DNA from: Selaginella moellendorffii
Taxonomy: Eukaryota; Plantae; Lycopodiophyta
Direction: 5' to 3'
Length of the DNA: 64,000 bases
Assembly: GCF_000143415.4 (NCBI RefSeq)
Contig: NW_003314267.1
Span: 3,489,858 to 3,553,857 of the forward strand
A model generated the notes under the pieces. That model saw nothing but the letters and a program-made list of their open reading frames with translations. It searched no databases and was not told the DNA's origin. Numbering within the stretch: the stretch's first letter is position 1; every line of letters begins with the position of its first letter. Positions 50,666 through 63,552 of this stretch are shown here, piece by piece. Both the position numbers and the translations under genes were made by a program.

Positions 50666-51302
50666 TATGTAGACTTTAACAAGGGAGCTGTTGAAATGAA
50701 AATTTAATGAATTAATTTACTACCATCAATATGTTCACAAGTAAATTATACTATTCTTGGCTTAACATTAAGAAAATAATTTAAATATAGAATAAATACT
50801 TATAAAGAAACTTATGACTAAAACATGTTCAAAGTCTTGTAATATTGTGGATGAAATTATAATTCAATATAAGTTTTTTATAGTTCAGTAACAATCAAAT
50901 AGTAATTTTAACATATATATTTATAAAATGCCACTACATAAATGTTATATTGCAAAAAATAATTCATATACTGGTTTTAATAATGATATAGTTTTTAAGG
51001 AATAAGTGCAGATTTATTTGAATGAGTAAAAAATATTTTTTATTGAATAAAATTGGAAACCTTCTCTTTATTCCGGTATAAATCGTTTATGGCAATCTTA
51101 TAATTCTAAAAATTAATTTGAGTTATGTTATTGGAAAATTCAACTTTAAGAAAATTCTGTATTATATTCTGAAAATAAAATCAATAGAATACTATTGTGT
51201 AAATTGTTTTATTTTCACATATTGTATTATGGAGAATGATTTTAACTTTATAATACTATTAAAGATACAAAAAGTAATAATCATAAAAAATGTTTAAAGT
51301 AG
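50666..51302 (+). pseudogene. Third, decayed lectin-gene copy in inverted orientation
   Basis: YVDFNKGAV..., YYCVNCFIFTY, DTKSNNHKKCLK* match 20678..21556; many stops and indels; 5' end missing. Confidence 0.85.
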
Positions 51303-51906
51303 TACTTAAGAAAAAATATTCTTGCATTTTGGTTTCTTTAAGAAACCTGAAGAATATCCAAATATATTCTATAGGATAATGATCATTTGTAATCAATTTT
51401 TATTGTTAATAATATGACTTATAAAACCTTTTAAAAAACTAAACATACAAAAACTATATTCATGTGAAAAGGCTTCTTTTATATCGAAGAGTTTTGGAAA
51501 ACATATAAACTCAAGCATACTCCTTGTCACATAGCCTCTCGAATCGCCTGCGAAATCGGATCTATCCCATGATGAATGAATGATTTATTCCTTCCTCCAG
51601 CGACAGACAGACAGTCTGGAATTTGTGCTGGAATCGTACCACAGTTCTCTACAGGGTACGAGTTTCGCTCCTATGCAGAGTTCACGTATTGTGATCGATG
51701 CCACAGGACCTGGAGGATCCACAGGCTGCTGCGTAGTAGTATCGAGCAAGCCGCGTGCAGCTTGTATAGAAACATGAGAAGAGTCTTTTCCTTGTTCGTC
51801 CCAGGAGCCCACACCGCCTCTAAGCCCCCATAGTGCGGAAGCACAACTTACAGTGCCGAGGCGAGCTAAAACGCGTCCCAGGAAGGACCATTGAGCTAGA
51901 GCTACT

Positions 51907-52998
51907 TCAAGTCATTCTAACAAAGCAAGTGACTGTCACAGGAAAGGGAAACTCCGCAACTGCGTCCCAAACCAGCCTCCTGTTTGCCACGTCTATCTTC
52001 CCTCTCAAAATCTCAGAGTGTTTCAAACTTCCACTCGAATAAACCATCCTAGAGATTGCATAAATCGCGCCACGGATCACCAGCACTTTAAACCTGTCCG
52101 TCCTGGGCCACTTCTCGATCGCCACCCAAGCCTCTTGCACTGCTGAGTTATACCAGCGCATGGCCTCCCCTCCGTAGGAGATGACGTTCGTTCCCACCTC
52201 CATTGCAGGCTCAAAGCAATCACCGGAGACCACCTTCGTGGTCCGGAACTCTGGCTTCCCTGTTATCTGCTCTTGCGATTTCCACGCATTGGAGGCAGCC
52301 TCGTAGCGCATAAGTTCCATCGTTTTATCGTGAAAACCATACAAGATCTCGTCTCCAGCGGGCGAGAGCACCACCCCAGCGCCCGAGACAAACCATTTTT
52401 CAATGGTGTCGCAGGTTCCCGTCTCCATATCATATACTATCACGTCCAGCTTGACGGAAGGATGAATACCATAGACAGATCTCCTGTATTCCCAGCTGGA
52501 ATATATCTTGCCACCAAAGGCGATGGCGTCGAACCAGTTACTCGCCCTCCTAGCCGGCGTCCTGTCCCATGTCCACTTTGCACGGCCAATATCCAGCTTA
52601 AAGATGACATCTCTCGAGTGTGACCAGGACTTGCCCGGAGACAAAGTCCACACGAAAACCATCCCGGACCACGCCACCATCTGTGCTCGGCCCACTGGGA
52701 GCCCTTCTATCGGTGGGAGCCTTCGCCATGACCCCTGTGATCTGTCCAAAATGAGAATTTGGAGTACCTTGGAGTCGTTTCCCAGGCTCACGAGTGGAGT
52801 GCCTTGGAGGAGCGGGAGCTGGAAGTTGCGAGTGGTGTTAAGGAGATGAGCGTCGTATTGAAGAGCGCTGTCCATTAGAGCTCTCCAGGAGTTGGAGACT
52901 GCTCGGCACACCGGACGAGTATACCATGGCAACCTCGGTAGGATGTTCTCAAGAGCAAGCTCATCGCAGAGACCGGGAATGAGATCGCTATCGCTCAT
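51907..52998 (-). CDS. F-box protein with kelch-like beta-propeller region
   Basis: LIPGLCDELALENILPRLPW..RPVCRAVSNSWRAL F-box; WRRLPPI and AIAFGGKIY kelch-like blades; first ATG at 52998. Confidence 0.9.
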   Translation of the reverse strand: MSDSDLIPGLCDELALENILPRLPWYTRPVCRAVSNSWRALMDSALQYDAHLLNTTRNFQLPLLQGTPLVSLGNDSKVLQILILDRSQGSWRRLPPIEGLPVGRAQMVAWSGMVFVWTLSPGKSWSHSRDVIFKLDIGRAKWTWDRTPARRASNWFDAIAFGGKIYSSWEYRRSVYGIHPSVKLDVIVYDMETGTCDTIEKWFVSGAGVVLSPAGDEILYGFHDKTMELMRYEAASNAWKSQEQITGKPEFRTTKVVSGDCFEPAMEVGTNVISYGGEAMRWYNSAVQEAWVAIEKWPRTDRFKVLVIRGAIYAISRMVYSSGSLKHSEILRGKIDVANRRLVWDAVAEFPFPVTVTCFVRMT

Positions 52999-53228
52999 AT
53001 CGCTCTTATCCTGAAAGCGAGTGTTAAAAACGGCCAGATCAAGAAAGAGCTCACAACGCACTCACAGATCTTCCGCCTTAGACCGCTATACTTTGAGCAC
53101 TATACTGCATCTGAAAAATCACAAGGAACAAGACGTGAGATAGAATACAAGAAAAAGAGGACAAACTTACATTGGTATAGCAGCGGCCAGCGGTGGAAAA
53201 ACCGAGACAAAGAGGGACATCCTCATAC

Positions 53229-54362
53229 TTATGTCATCCGAGTGAAGCAAGTGATCGCCACGGGAAAGCCAGCCACTGGTTCCCACACCATCCTCCTGCG
53301 TCCCACATCTATCTTTCCTTCGAAAATCTTGCAGCGTTTAATTTTCTTCGGATCGATCGACGTCGAGCCTGCGTACAGGACGCCCCGGATCACAAAAACC
53401 TTGAAACTCGCTGCTTCTTCGGGACTGTTCTCCGCAATCGCCATCCAAGTCTTTTGCACTGCCGAGTTATACCAGTGTATAGCATTGCCATCGAGGTAAC
53501 CGTAAGTGATGGCATTGATTCCCAGCTTCACTGGAGGATCAAAGCAATCACCACTCACTACCGTGAGCGTCGAGTTCCTGTGCTCTGTCTGCCTTGGTAT
53601 CTCCTCTTGCGGCTTCCACGTACTCGACGCAGCATCGTAACGCATAAGTTCCACTCTCTCCTTGTGCCACTGTAGACCATACAAGTTCTCGTCGCCAGCC
53701 GGCGAGAGCGCCACCGCAACGTTGGAAAAATTCCACTTTCCAATAGTGTTGTACGCGTCCACCTTCATATCAAATACTCTGACGTCCAGCTTGACAGGAG
53801 CACGGAGGCTGTAGGGAGATCCCCTGTTTTCCCAGGTCGAGTATATTTTGCCACTGAAAGCGATGGCGTCGAACCAGTTACTGGAGTTTTTGGCCGGAAT
53901 CACGTCCCACGTCCACTTAGCACCACCGACGTCGAGCTTAAAGATGAGATCTCTCGAAGGTGACCAGCACTTGCCTGGTGCCAAAGTCCACACGAGAACC
54001 GTGCCGGACCATGCAACAATCTTTGCTCGTCCCTCGGGTAGATTCTCTATCGGCGGGAGCTTCCGCCACACCTGTGACCCCTGTGACCTGTCCGAAATGA
54101 GAGCTTCGAGTACCTCGTATTCGTTTCCCAGACAGACCACTGGAGCGTCTCGGAGCAGCGGGAGCTGGACGTCGCGAGTTCTGCTGATGAGATGATCGTC
54201 GCGTAGAGTGCTGTCCACGAGAGCTTTCCAGGAGCTGGAGACTGCTCGGCACACCGGCCGAGTGTACCAAGGTAGCCTTGGTAAGATGTTCTCAAGCACC
54301 AACTCGTCGAAGAGGTCGGGAATGAAATCCATTTTGTTGTTCGTTTGCGAGGCAATCTCCAT
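53229..54362 (-). CDS. F-box protein with kelch-like region, tandem paralog
   Basis: FIPDLFDELVLENILPRLPW...RAVSSSWKAL; colinear with the neighbouring gene. Confidence 0.9.
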   Translation of the reverse strand: MEIASQTNNKMDFIPDLFDELVLENILPRLPWYTRPVCRAVSSSWKALVDSTLRDDHLISRTRDVQLPLLRDAPVVCLGNEYEVLEALISDRSQGSQVWRKLPPIENLPEGRAKIVAWSGTVLVWTLAPGKCWSPSRDLIFKLDVGGAKWTWDVIPAKNSSNWFDAIAFSGKIYSTWENRGSPYSLRAPVKLDVRVFDMKVDAYNTIGKWNFSNVAVALSPAGDENLYGLQWHKERVELMRYDAASSTWKPQEEIPRQTEHRNSTLTVVSGDCFDPPVKLGINAITYGYLDGNAIHWYNSAVQKTWMAIAENSPEEAASFKVFVIRGVLYAGSTSIDPKKIKRCKIFEGKIDVGRRRMVWEPVAGFPVAITCFTRMT

Positions 54363-54674
54363 TTATTGCTCCGCACTTGTGCACGATTTGTCAAACTTGT
54401 CGTCCAACTTGTCACCGTAGCGTTTCCGACAAGTGAAAAGCTTTCCTGAAAGCACATGTTATGAGACAGCAATTACGATTATCCACGCAAGTACTTACGA
54501 ATCAGCGTGTGTTTCCGGCGCCTTTCGGTGTCGATACTCTCGTAGGCCACGTATCGGCCTTGAGCTCTCAAAGTGATAGCTATAAAAGTAAATTCAACAT
54601 TATAGTAAGCCAATATAAAAGTCAGTGAAGATTTACGCGTATCTCTCTCGACGACGACGACGGACCTCAATTTG

Positions 54675-56113
54675 CTATCTGACCGCTACAGGCGGTTCGT
54701 CCTCTGGAATCTGGAGCAGCCAAGTTCCTCGTCTTAAAGCCTCAAAACAAAGTATGAGAGGATTTTTTACCTGGCCAAGCTCCCACTGCTCCACGCCCCA
54801 CGTCGCAGTCTCTTCTGGAGTTCTGCATGTTGTTTTTAAGTAACAAACGTTTCAAAACCAAAACAAGAAGCTTTTACATTGGTAAAACAGCTGCGGTCGG
54901 AGGAGAAACTGATGCGACAAAATTCGTTAGAACCGAATGGATGATGTATTTGCTTAAGCTTACCAGAAGGCTGCTGGAATGGACTTTGGACAATCGCTGG
55001 AGCTGGCAGAGGACTGAAAGCATTTTGTATTGCATTATTGTTGCCGAAAGATGACACCGGATTGAAAGGAGATGGCTGCTGCACGGTGAATGGCGATGGA
55101 CTTTGAGGATTTTGTGGAAAAACCGACTGAGCAGGGAAGGGGGAGGGTGATGGAAAGCTGAAAGCCGCTGGTTGGATCTGCTGAGGCGGAGAAATAACCG
55201 GTCCATTTCCAAATCCTCCCATGCTGTTACCGAGAGATAAAGTTGATGAAAACGTAGTAGCAAACATTACTTACTTGGTATCTTGCTTAAACATCTGAGA
55301 TATAGGCGAGTTGTTTGGCACGAGCTTGCCAAAGATTGTACTTGACGCTAGTGGCGAAGGTTGGACATTGGAGAAGCCTTTGCTCGCTGGTCCTTTGTAA
55401 GGATCTCTCTTGAGGGCGTCAAATTCAGCCTCCTTGGCACGAAACATATATGCTTCCCTGCTCGTCTATGGTGCACGAATCAGTAACCCAGTTAAGAGAA
55501 GGAAAAAGCTTCGCTTACAATATCTCGGAGCGGCATTCCTTGTAGAGCAGATTCGTAAGCCATGGCTCGCAGCTCCTCAAAGCTTGTATCTCCAGAAATA
55601 TCATTGGGAAGGCTAGAGAAGCAAAGAAAAAAGAGTTTTTTTCTTCCTTGAACAAAAGGAAGAAAAGGATGGAAGCGAACTTAACTGTTTCCAATGAGCG
55701 TAGCACGTCAAGCGCCAATAACTCGGCCTTTCATTCGTGAAATCATCTCGAATTCTCTCCTTGCATGCTCTTGGATCATTGCATCTATTGGAAGAAAAGA
55801 GAGAAAAAAAACAAAGCACGATTGAGTAAGAATCGAAAGAAACAGAGAAAAGTACCTGTGTTCTGGCGCTTGAACAGGTGCTTGAACAGCCTGATTTTGC
55901 CTCCCAAATCCCGGCTGAAAGAGCTCGATCAAAACCAAAACATCTCTTCAATCGGATGCTACAAATCTACCTGTTGCTGGTGGAGAAATTTGCAATGCGC
56001 ACCGAACCGGCAGCTGGAAAGACGAGAAATCAAGCCTATATCGACCAAATCGAGCTCTTCACTTACGTCCCGCGCTGGAAATCTCGACAGACGACATCCT
56101 GCCTTCGAGCCAT
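54675..56113 (-). CDS. CCCH zinc-finger FG nucleoporin, NUP42/CG1(NUPL2)-like, multi-exon
   Basis: Spliced start MARRQDVVCRDFQRGT|CRFGAHCKFLH (C-x7-C-x5-C-x3-H); DFTNERPSYWRLTCYAHWK; GDTSFEELRAMAY; FG/PF-rich exon; C-terminal IPEDEPPVAVR*. Confidence 0.85.
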
Positions 56114-56174
56114 TCCCAAGAACCCTAAAAGAAGAACCAAAGAATATTCTGGGTTCAGGGTTTAGGGCTTGGGC

Positions 56175-57737
56175 ATGGAGGACGATTTGAACGGAGGTAA
56201 GAGCGAAATGTGTGAAGCTATGGCGCATTCTTGTGACGCATTCCACTCGCAGATCCATCTCCCGCGCCTCGGAAATCTCCCGAGACGTTCCAATCGCTGC
56301 ACGACGGCCACAATCCATCCGGCGGGCACGAAGGTGAGGAGAAACGAATTGGCGCATTCTTTTTCACGATTTGAATGCGCAGGAGCCGAGTCTTTCGAAT
56401 CGCTGCTGGACGGATTTTGGGACAAGAATCGATCAACGCTCGAAGGCATCGTGAGCGATCCTCCGATATTCTACCAGAAGTATCCCAATGTGGACGTGGA
56501 AGTGGCGTCCTTTAGCACTCCGGCCAAGGCGGTGCCCAGCCTTCTCCATCACAGGCTCGAGGATTCGAGAAACGATGGGACGCTGGCCACCGAGATCGTT
56601 GCTCGACTCCGAGAGGCTGCTACAAATCACTGCGTTTTCCTCGTCGGTGGAAAGGGGTGTGGAAAGACGAGAACTCTCTACGAAGTCCTGGCACAGAACT
56701 TTGGATTCTACTTCGTGGCCTCGCGGGTAGAGAACGGTGAATCCAAGGACTTCGCAGCGGTCGTAGAGACGCTCAAGCTTTGCTACCCGAGTCACAACAA
56801 GGCCACCGAGTTTATCCCCCGACGAGTTGGCATGGATGTGGCACTGTGTGCTTTGGTGGCGAGGTTGGCCATCTTTTCGAAGGTTCTGGAGATCAAGCCG
56901 GGGATCTCGCCGCTGGAGTGGTTGATTTGCCAGACTGAGTGCCGGCCTCGAGACGTGTTCCGGGAGTTGACGCTGTTCGTGATCAAGCAAGAGTTGCCGA
57001 GCGCGTACCTGGAAGAGAAGTTCTCGGCTCTCGTCCAAGAAGCTTACGAGAGGATCGATGGTGGTCTAGCAGGCAGCAGCGGGAAGCTGCTGTTTGTGGT
57101 GGACGAGGCACTGCTGTCGCTCAGGAACAGGTTTAGATCCGACATCCACCTGGCGAAGCTCAAGAGTTTGCTCTCGCAGGCCGTCAAGGCGTTTAGAACG
57201 CAGAAGAAGGTTCCAACAGCGTGCATTCTAGCTGGAACGGGGGGAGAACTTCTCGCGGAGGCTCAGGATATGGAATTGCCGGTTTGCAGAGGGGAGTCCG
57301 AGCAGCTCACGTAGGAAATAGTCGCTACTAGCCAAACTTTTGAAGATTCCAGCAGCTTTGGAGCCTTCTCGGACTATGTGTCCAGCTTTTTGGGGCCCGG
57401 CAACTACAAAAGGCTGTTTTCCAAGTACTACCAGGCCCGTGCTGGCACAATCGCTAGTGCTCTGCACGCATACATCAGCAAGTGTACCCCGAGAGAGAAG
57501 GCTTTGGAATTTCTGGAGGGCTTCGCATTAACACTTGCAACCAAAGGTGGCAGCCAGCTAAATGCACCAAATTCTGTCCATGACACATTGATGATCCTGC
57601 GCTTGGACCGTTACCTGCAGAGTGTCCTTAGAGACACTATAGAGGCATTCTACATGGGTGGGAAAGGCTATTGTTTCACGCACAACTCGTCAATCAAGCT
57701 TGGGGACTTGGGGATTGGCGTGTTAAAGCTGGGATTT
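56175..57737 (+). pseudogene. P-loop NTPase resembling Crinkler-related NTPases; in-frame stop and truncation by an LTR
   Basis: Walker A FLVGGKGCGKTRTL followed by FGFYF; Walker B LLFVVDEA; ILAGTG. Introns 56197-56252 and 56334-56382 give an in-frame model from ATG 56175. TAG at 57312 is in frame with 57378; the frame runs into LTR sequence at 57738. Confidence 0.7.
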
Positions 57738-60700
57738 TGTGACTCCAATCCTCTCAAGATTGATGGACCCAAGATGGATCCGAAATAGAATCTAAGATGG
57801 ACTTGAGATGGAGTTTGAGATGGATTTGAAATGGAGTCCGAGATGGACTTGAGATGGAGTCCGAGATAGACCCGAGAAAGAATCCGAGATGGACCCGAGA
57901 TGGACTCAAGAAAGAGTCTGAGATGGACTCGAGAAAGAGTCCGAGATGGAGTCTAAAATGGACTTGAGATGGAGTCCGAGATGGAGTCCGAGATGGAACT
58001 GAGACCAAGATCGAGATTGAGACCAAGACCAAGATCGAGATCAAGTCTGAGTCTGAGTCCAAGCCTGAGTCTGAATTCTAATACAAATTGTTGGGTGAAA
58101 GCCCAAAGCAATCGTCCCCTAGAGGGGCTGCAGGGGTTCCAAAAGTATAGTAAGGAAAGTGTGGGGGTTGGATCCCAATGGAGCCAATTTGGCCAAGAAA
58201 GGTCAATAGGAAGATTATACCCAAGTGTTGGGTGAGGATATATTCACTGAAGAGTCCAAGGCTAAAGTGAATACAAATTGACAGATGAGGTAACTTGGTG
58301 AAGTGTTCAAGAACTAGCTCTAATTCCCCTAGAAGATTGAAAGGTCGATGCTCCCAATTTAAGTGTAGGTGGCATTACCTATTTGGATACTTAGCATGGC
58401 TCAACGAAACCTCGCTCTAAGCCCGTGGCTAGAGCACCCAAAGGCAAAAGGTGGGGAGGGTACCCATGAGGCTTGTGTGGGGCCACGATGTTCCGAAATG
58501 TTGTCCCAAAGTCCCAAACTATGGAAAGGAAGAAGGGCAATCCTCTGGTGTAATGACCAAGGTTACGGTCATATGGTGTGGAAGTCCCAAAGGATAGTGG
58601 GATGTAGTGGTCAGGCTTGTGGGCCTTAACTCAATGGCAGTATCAGTGAACATAGCCATGGACAGAAAGGGACTTAGTGGGGACTGACAGAGGGATATTA
58701 GAAAAGGCTATTCCTGATGTTTGCAGGCATCCTAAGGATGCTAAGGAGTGGATCTGGGATGACCACTCATGGACGGATGGCTCAATTTTTGAGAGATGGG
58801 ATTGTGATGCAAGTGGTGTTGGACCACCAGTGTGGCAAAGGTGATTGAGCATGGCCTTAGCGTAACAGGCTGCTATATCGGTGGTACCTTTGAGTGTCGG
58901 TCATGGGATCGAACACATGGAGCACTTGGACCAGGTGCAAGGGTTGAGTGGCATGGATGCCATTCTTGGGGCTAGCAAGTCCCAAGTCCTGGATTGGACT
59001 TATGGAGGTTGTGAATGAGACTCCTCCAAGTGGTCGGAGGTGTGGTTAAGAGAATGGAAAATTTAGTCGCTTACAACTTGGTATCGGAGCTGTTCCTTAG
59101 TCCGACTTTTATTGGTGCTCAAGTATATCACCATTGATGTTGGCATCGGAAGGTCCTAGGAGTGGGCTTTTCTTTGAGGAGTAGCATGTCGAGAGGACAT
59201 GGCTCTCCACTCAAGTTCATGCGTGAACTTGGGCACGATATAGTGGATAGAAAAGGGCCAACTATGGAACGACTTTGGGATCTTGGGAACAGTATGTGGT
59301 TTTCCTTAGAGAGTTGAGGATGTGATCCAGATGAGCGTTTGACTTAGCAAACTGGCTAAGGTAGTTGTGGTAAACAACTATAGTTGGGATCACAGGAAAG
59401 ATAAAGACTCCAAAACAATAAAGGAGTCACAAGATTATCCTCACATAGTTGAGGTTGGTGCTCATGAATGTGAGACCAAAAGTAATGACCGTGGGAGGTC
59501 AAATACGGAAGAGGGCTCAAGTCCTTGAAATGGTAGCCGGGGCTACCTTTAATAAATGCTGGAACAACCTAAGGAGTTGGGGGGTGTACTTAGAGATGAG
59601 TTGGGATTCTCATCACATGGACAAGTAGTCCTAAGGGGCAAAGGTTGCCCCAGAGAACAAAATCAAGTGTTAGAGTAACACTTGTGAAAATAGTCCTTGT
59701 GAGTGAGGACATGAATGCAAGAAGTGTATTCCAATGAGCTAATGCTCGACAAGTAGGACCTTACGGGTCTGTGGATTAACCAAGTCCAAAATTGCTGGAT
59801 GACTCAAGTAGAGTCAAGGAATGGTCCTAAAGGACTGATGGAAGCATTCGGACTGAAGTGTGTGGTACCCCACGAAGGATGGGGGGGATCATAGGATCCG
59901 AGGATGAGAACAGGGGGTATCTCATCGATGGCAAAATGTGCCATGCTAAAGTCGTGGGAAGGGTGTTCCCAAAAGAAAACAACTTTGAAACAAAGTTGTG
60001 TGTGACCTCTATGATGCAGTGCTAACAGATGGTTGGCATGAGAAAGGGTGGTATTGGCCTTGGCAAAGACTTAGACACAAAGAAGAAGTGTCATAGAGGT
60101 AGGCTCCTAGAGCCAATGGTGTGGAGACACCAAATGTGCCAAGGTGTGATACCTTGAGGCTATGTTGGTGGGTTCATGAGAACCCCTTGCCAAAGGAATC
60201 CCAATGGAAATGGGAATGGCATAGCCTAAGCTGCAGAGCATGCAGTTGGAGTGTGGTGACCCAGATAATGATGGAGGTGTGGAAGCACCAGCAATGAGTT
60301 GTAGGACTTAACAACTATAAGGCAACTAAGCAAGAGGTGCAAAATAATTGGTTAAACGGGTAGAAGGTAGCTACCCAAGCCTTCTTAATGGCATAAGGAA
60401 ATTGGATATACCCTTACGGGGGATAAGTTGCTTATGTTGCGATATAGTAAGTTAATGTCATGAAAGGAAATACTCATTGTCAAGGAAGCCGTCATTGGGA
60501 CACCTGAACACTCTAGAACACCAGAAGGTGGTATTTGATGTCGTGAGGGCAATAGATAAGGCCCAAGGGACTAAGTCCCTAGCGAATGATGGATAGAAGG
60601 TGCTATCCAAATGTCCAAGGTGGCGGAGACAGGAGAAGACTATCTACTCGAATTGGACAAAGCCAAAAATGGAATTTTGGCAAGGCTAGCGATGGGCATG

Positions 60701-63552
60701 TAAAGGCCCATAAGCAACAACGTAATCTCGGTGTGTGGGATTATAGGGTGAGCATACCTGGATTGAGGAACCACTCCCTAGGCTATCGGGTAGGTTCATC
60801 CCTAAGAATACTTGCTAAGGCATGATAGAAAGTGCAAAGCTATCCTCCTGGTCTGGAGGAGAATGACCGAAGGAAAAGTGTCAAGCCAAAAGCAAGAAGT
60901 ATGGGGGGTAGAACCAGACCATAGGAATCGAAAGGCATAACCAAGGTTGGTTATGCCAGTTGGGAGTGGAGAATCAAGTGGGGGCTCGAGGGTGTTGCCG
61001 CTAGCAACCATGATGCCATGGAGAGTCTAAAATATGGAATTGTCCATGTTAGACTACATGGTAATTGGAAAGCTTGCAAAAAGGGAGGCCTTAGCAAGCT
61101 AAGGGACAGAGTTCCCAAAGATGATTCTAGGTAGCTTAGTACCTAGAAAAGCCAAGCATAAATGGTTCAAAGAACGCGCGAAATCAGAGTGGCGCAGCAG
61201 AAGCGTGGTCTTGAAGCTTGCCATGAGGCAAGGCTATCAAGGTTAGGGAAGTAGTTCCCGAGTGTTCAAAGAGAGGGCTTTGAACGAAAGTCGATGATCA
61301 AGGGCTTTCACGCTTATGCAGGAACCATGTTACAGTGGTCGGAGGACTTGCCAAAGCGAGATTGGCAAGTCAGGGGAACAAATACCCTAGTTGAAGGTGA
61401 TAACTTAAAAAAGGGTGGGCCATGGGGCCAAGCATAGAGGAGTCCATGCATGATCATAGACTTGTCAAGTAAGAGGACTTGGCAGTGTGGAGGAACTAGG
61501 TTCCTAAGCTGTGATCTATAGCACGCTTTGAGTATAAGTTGGTGCACTGGTGTGGGGAGTCACGCCAGGCATCCTGGGTGATGCCGTCCGTAGATGCATA
61601 TACGGAGGTTGGGTTTGAGTCCCGACCCTCTAGTGCTTGGGTTCGAGTCCCAAATCACTAGGGCGTGATGATGGTTTGGAATATGAGGACACTCATATTT
61701 CGGTGGTCATGGACTCTCAGTGAGGAGACTGGTTTGGGCACACCGCCAAGCGAGGGATGCTTCGGAGTTGTGATGCACGGTTAGATTGTTTAGTGTGGCT
61801 CAGCATATCTAACTTGACCACCTTGGTGCAAGTGACACCAAGGACGTGGTGAATGAGATGGGGACACCAGTCTCAGTTGCTATGGACCCTTGGCCGGAAG
61901 GGCTAGCTTGGGTGCACCGCCAAGTGTGGGGGATGCCCCCGGGGTCATAGTCAACAACTTAGTAAGGTCTGGAAGACCTAATTCCTATTGGTAGACCTAT
62001 TAAGGGGTCAAGATGAGATCACTGGGTGATCTTATGGCTAAACAAGGGCAAGGTCTTTGTTTGGGTTAAGGAATATGACTCCTAGTTCAAAGTGTTGATT
62101 TGAACTATTGATAAAGGTGTGGCTTGGTCAAAGTGACTAAGTGGGAAGGACACCTAAGGGAAATGAACTACTACAATACAATGGTATTATGAGTTCAAGA
62201 AAATAGTCTCCAGAGACAAGCCCATGGGTGGGTCACAAGGTTGGGCTAGGAAGAGAGCCTAGAACAATTGGGGAGACTTACTAGGGGTGAACACCCTAGT
62301 CTGGGCAAAGCAAATCCTTTGCTATGGAACCAAAAGAATACCTCTAGGAGGGAGGTAATGATCCTATGTTACTTGGTGCAACAATCCAAGGATAGGAGCA
62401 AAAGACGAGTGCCCAAGATAGGGCCGTGGAATCCATTGGAAAGAGTCCAAGTGGCAAAGTTAGCCAAGGAACACTAATGTGTTTGATGCTAACGGATTGC
62501 GGAAAAAGAAGTGGACTTCCAAGGATGGATTCCCAAGTGCTCCAATTTGGCAAAGGAAAGGCTCCAAGTGAGGGAGCAACTAAAGAGCCAAAAGATAGAG
62601 CCGTGGACAGCCCTAGCACAAATAATGATAAATGAAACGTAATGCCAATGGTGGCACAAAAATAGAAAAGAGGATGAGGGTGCCCTCGAGTAGAGAATTT
62701 CCTAGCAGGGGAAGTGGAGTTGCACAAAATGTGCAAGGCAAGGTGTCAGAGACACCTAGGAAATTGACTTCAAGAAGTCAAAAGTAAACGTTCCAAAGTG
62801 CAAAGGTAGATCAATAGAATCTGTGACTACTCAAGAATGAGTAGTGGAATTGAGTTAGAGAGGGTGTCTCTAACGGGTTTAGTGAGAACTGAACCAATAA
62901 AAAGGAGCAACCCACCCCAGGTGGTCAAGGGAGTCTCTAAGTTGGAGAGACTATCCTCCTTAGAGGATGGGCAAGGCATGGTGAGCCTTTGGTGTCAAAC
63001 CATTGACGAATATGGAGAAGGCATGGTGAGCCTTCAATGTCAAACCATTGACAAATATTGGCTAGGTGCCAAGGATGGAAATGGTAACACATGCGGGTGT
63101 TACTTTATAAAATGGTTTACCGTTCGATGAGGACATCAAACTTCGTCTATGGGTGGTGGAGTTGTGAGACACAAAATCCCTAGGCCCCAAAGTGGAGCCG
63201 GAAAGGGTGTCACGTGGTAATGGCCGAAGCGAAAGCCCAAACGAGTGTAACACATTTGGACTAAAAGCTTTGACTTGGAAGGTCGAGAGCGGGAGTGGAA
63301 CTCCCAACAAAGTGCTCAAGGAGGGAGCACGAAGCGAGCAATAAGCAAGGCTCCAAAAAGGGACCCGAAAAGGACCAACACATGACACGTGGAAGTGTCC
63401 GAGATGGAGTCCGAGATGGAGTCCGAGATGGACTCGAGATGGAGTCCGAGATGGACTCGAGATGGAGTCCGAGATGGAGTCTGAGGTGGACTGAGACGGA
63501 GTCCGAAATGGACCCGAGATGGAGTCCGAGATGGACCGAGACGGAGTCCGAG
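57738..63552 (+). mobile_element. Non-autonomous (LARD-like) LTR retrotransposon related to the chromovirus at 13080-16146
   Basis: 5' LTR ~57738-59075 ending CTTACA; PBS TGGTATCGGAGC at 59079 (tRNA-iMet); ~4 kb internal region with no recognisable ORF; shared 3' blocks with 14745-15033; identical PPT at 63149; 3' LTR from 63163. The two LTR starts do not match, so the 5' boundary is uncertain. Confidence 0.75.

Noticed and set aside
61560-61665. tRNA gene or SINE
   Set aside because: A B-box-like loop is present but there is no acceptor stem, A-box or canonical arm spacing; kept only as a structured element.
59091-63148. Short ORFs in the internal region of the last LTR element
   Set aside because: No gag/pol motifs recognised and many stops; treated as non-coding.
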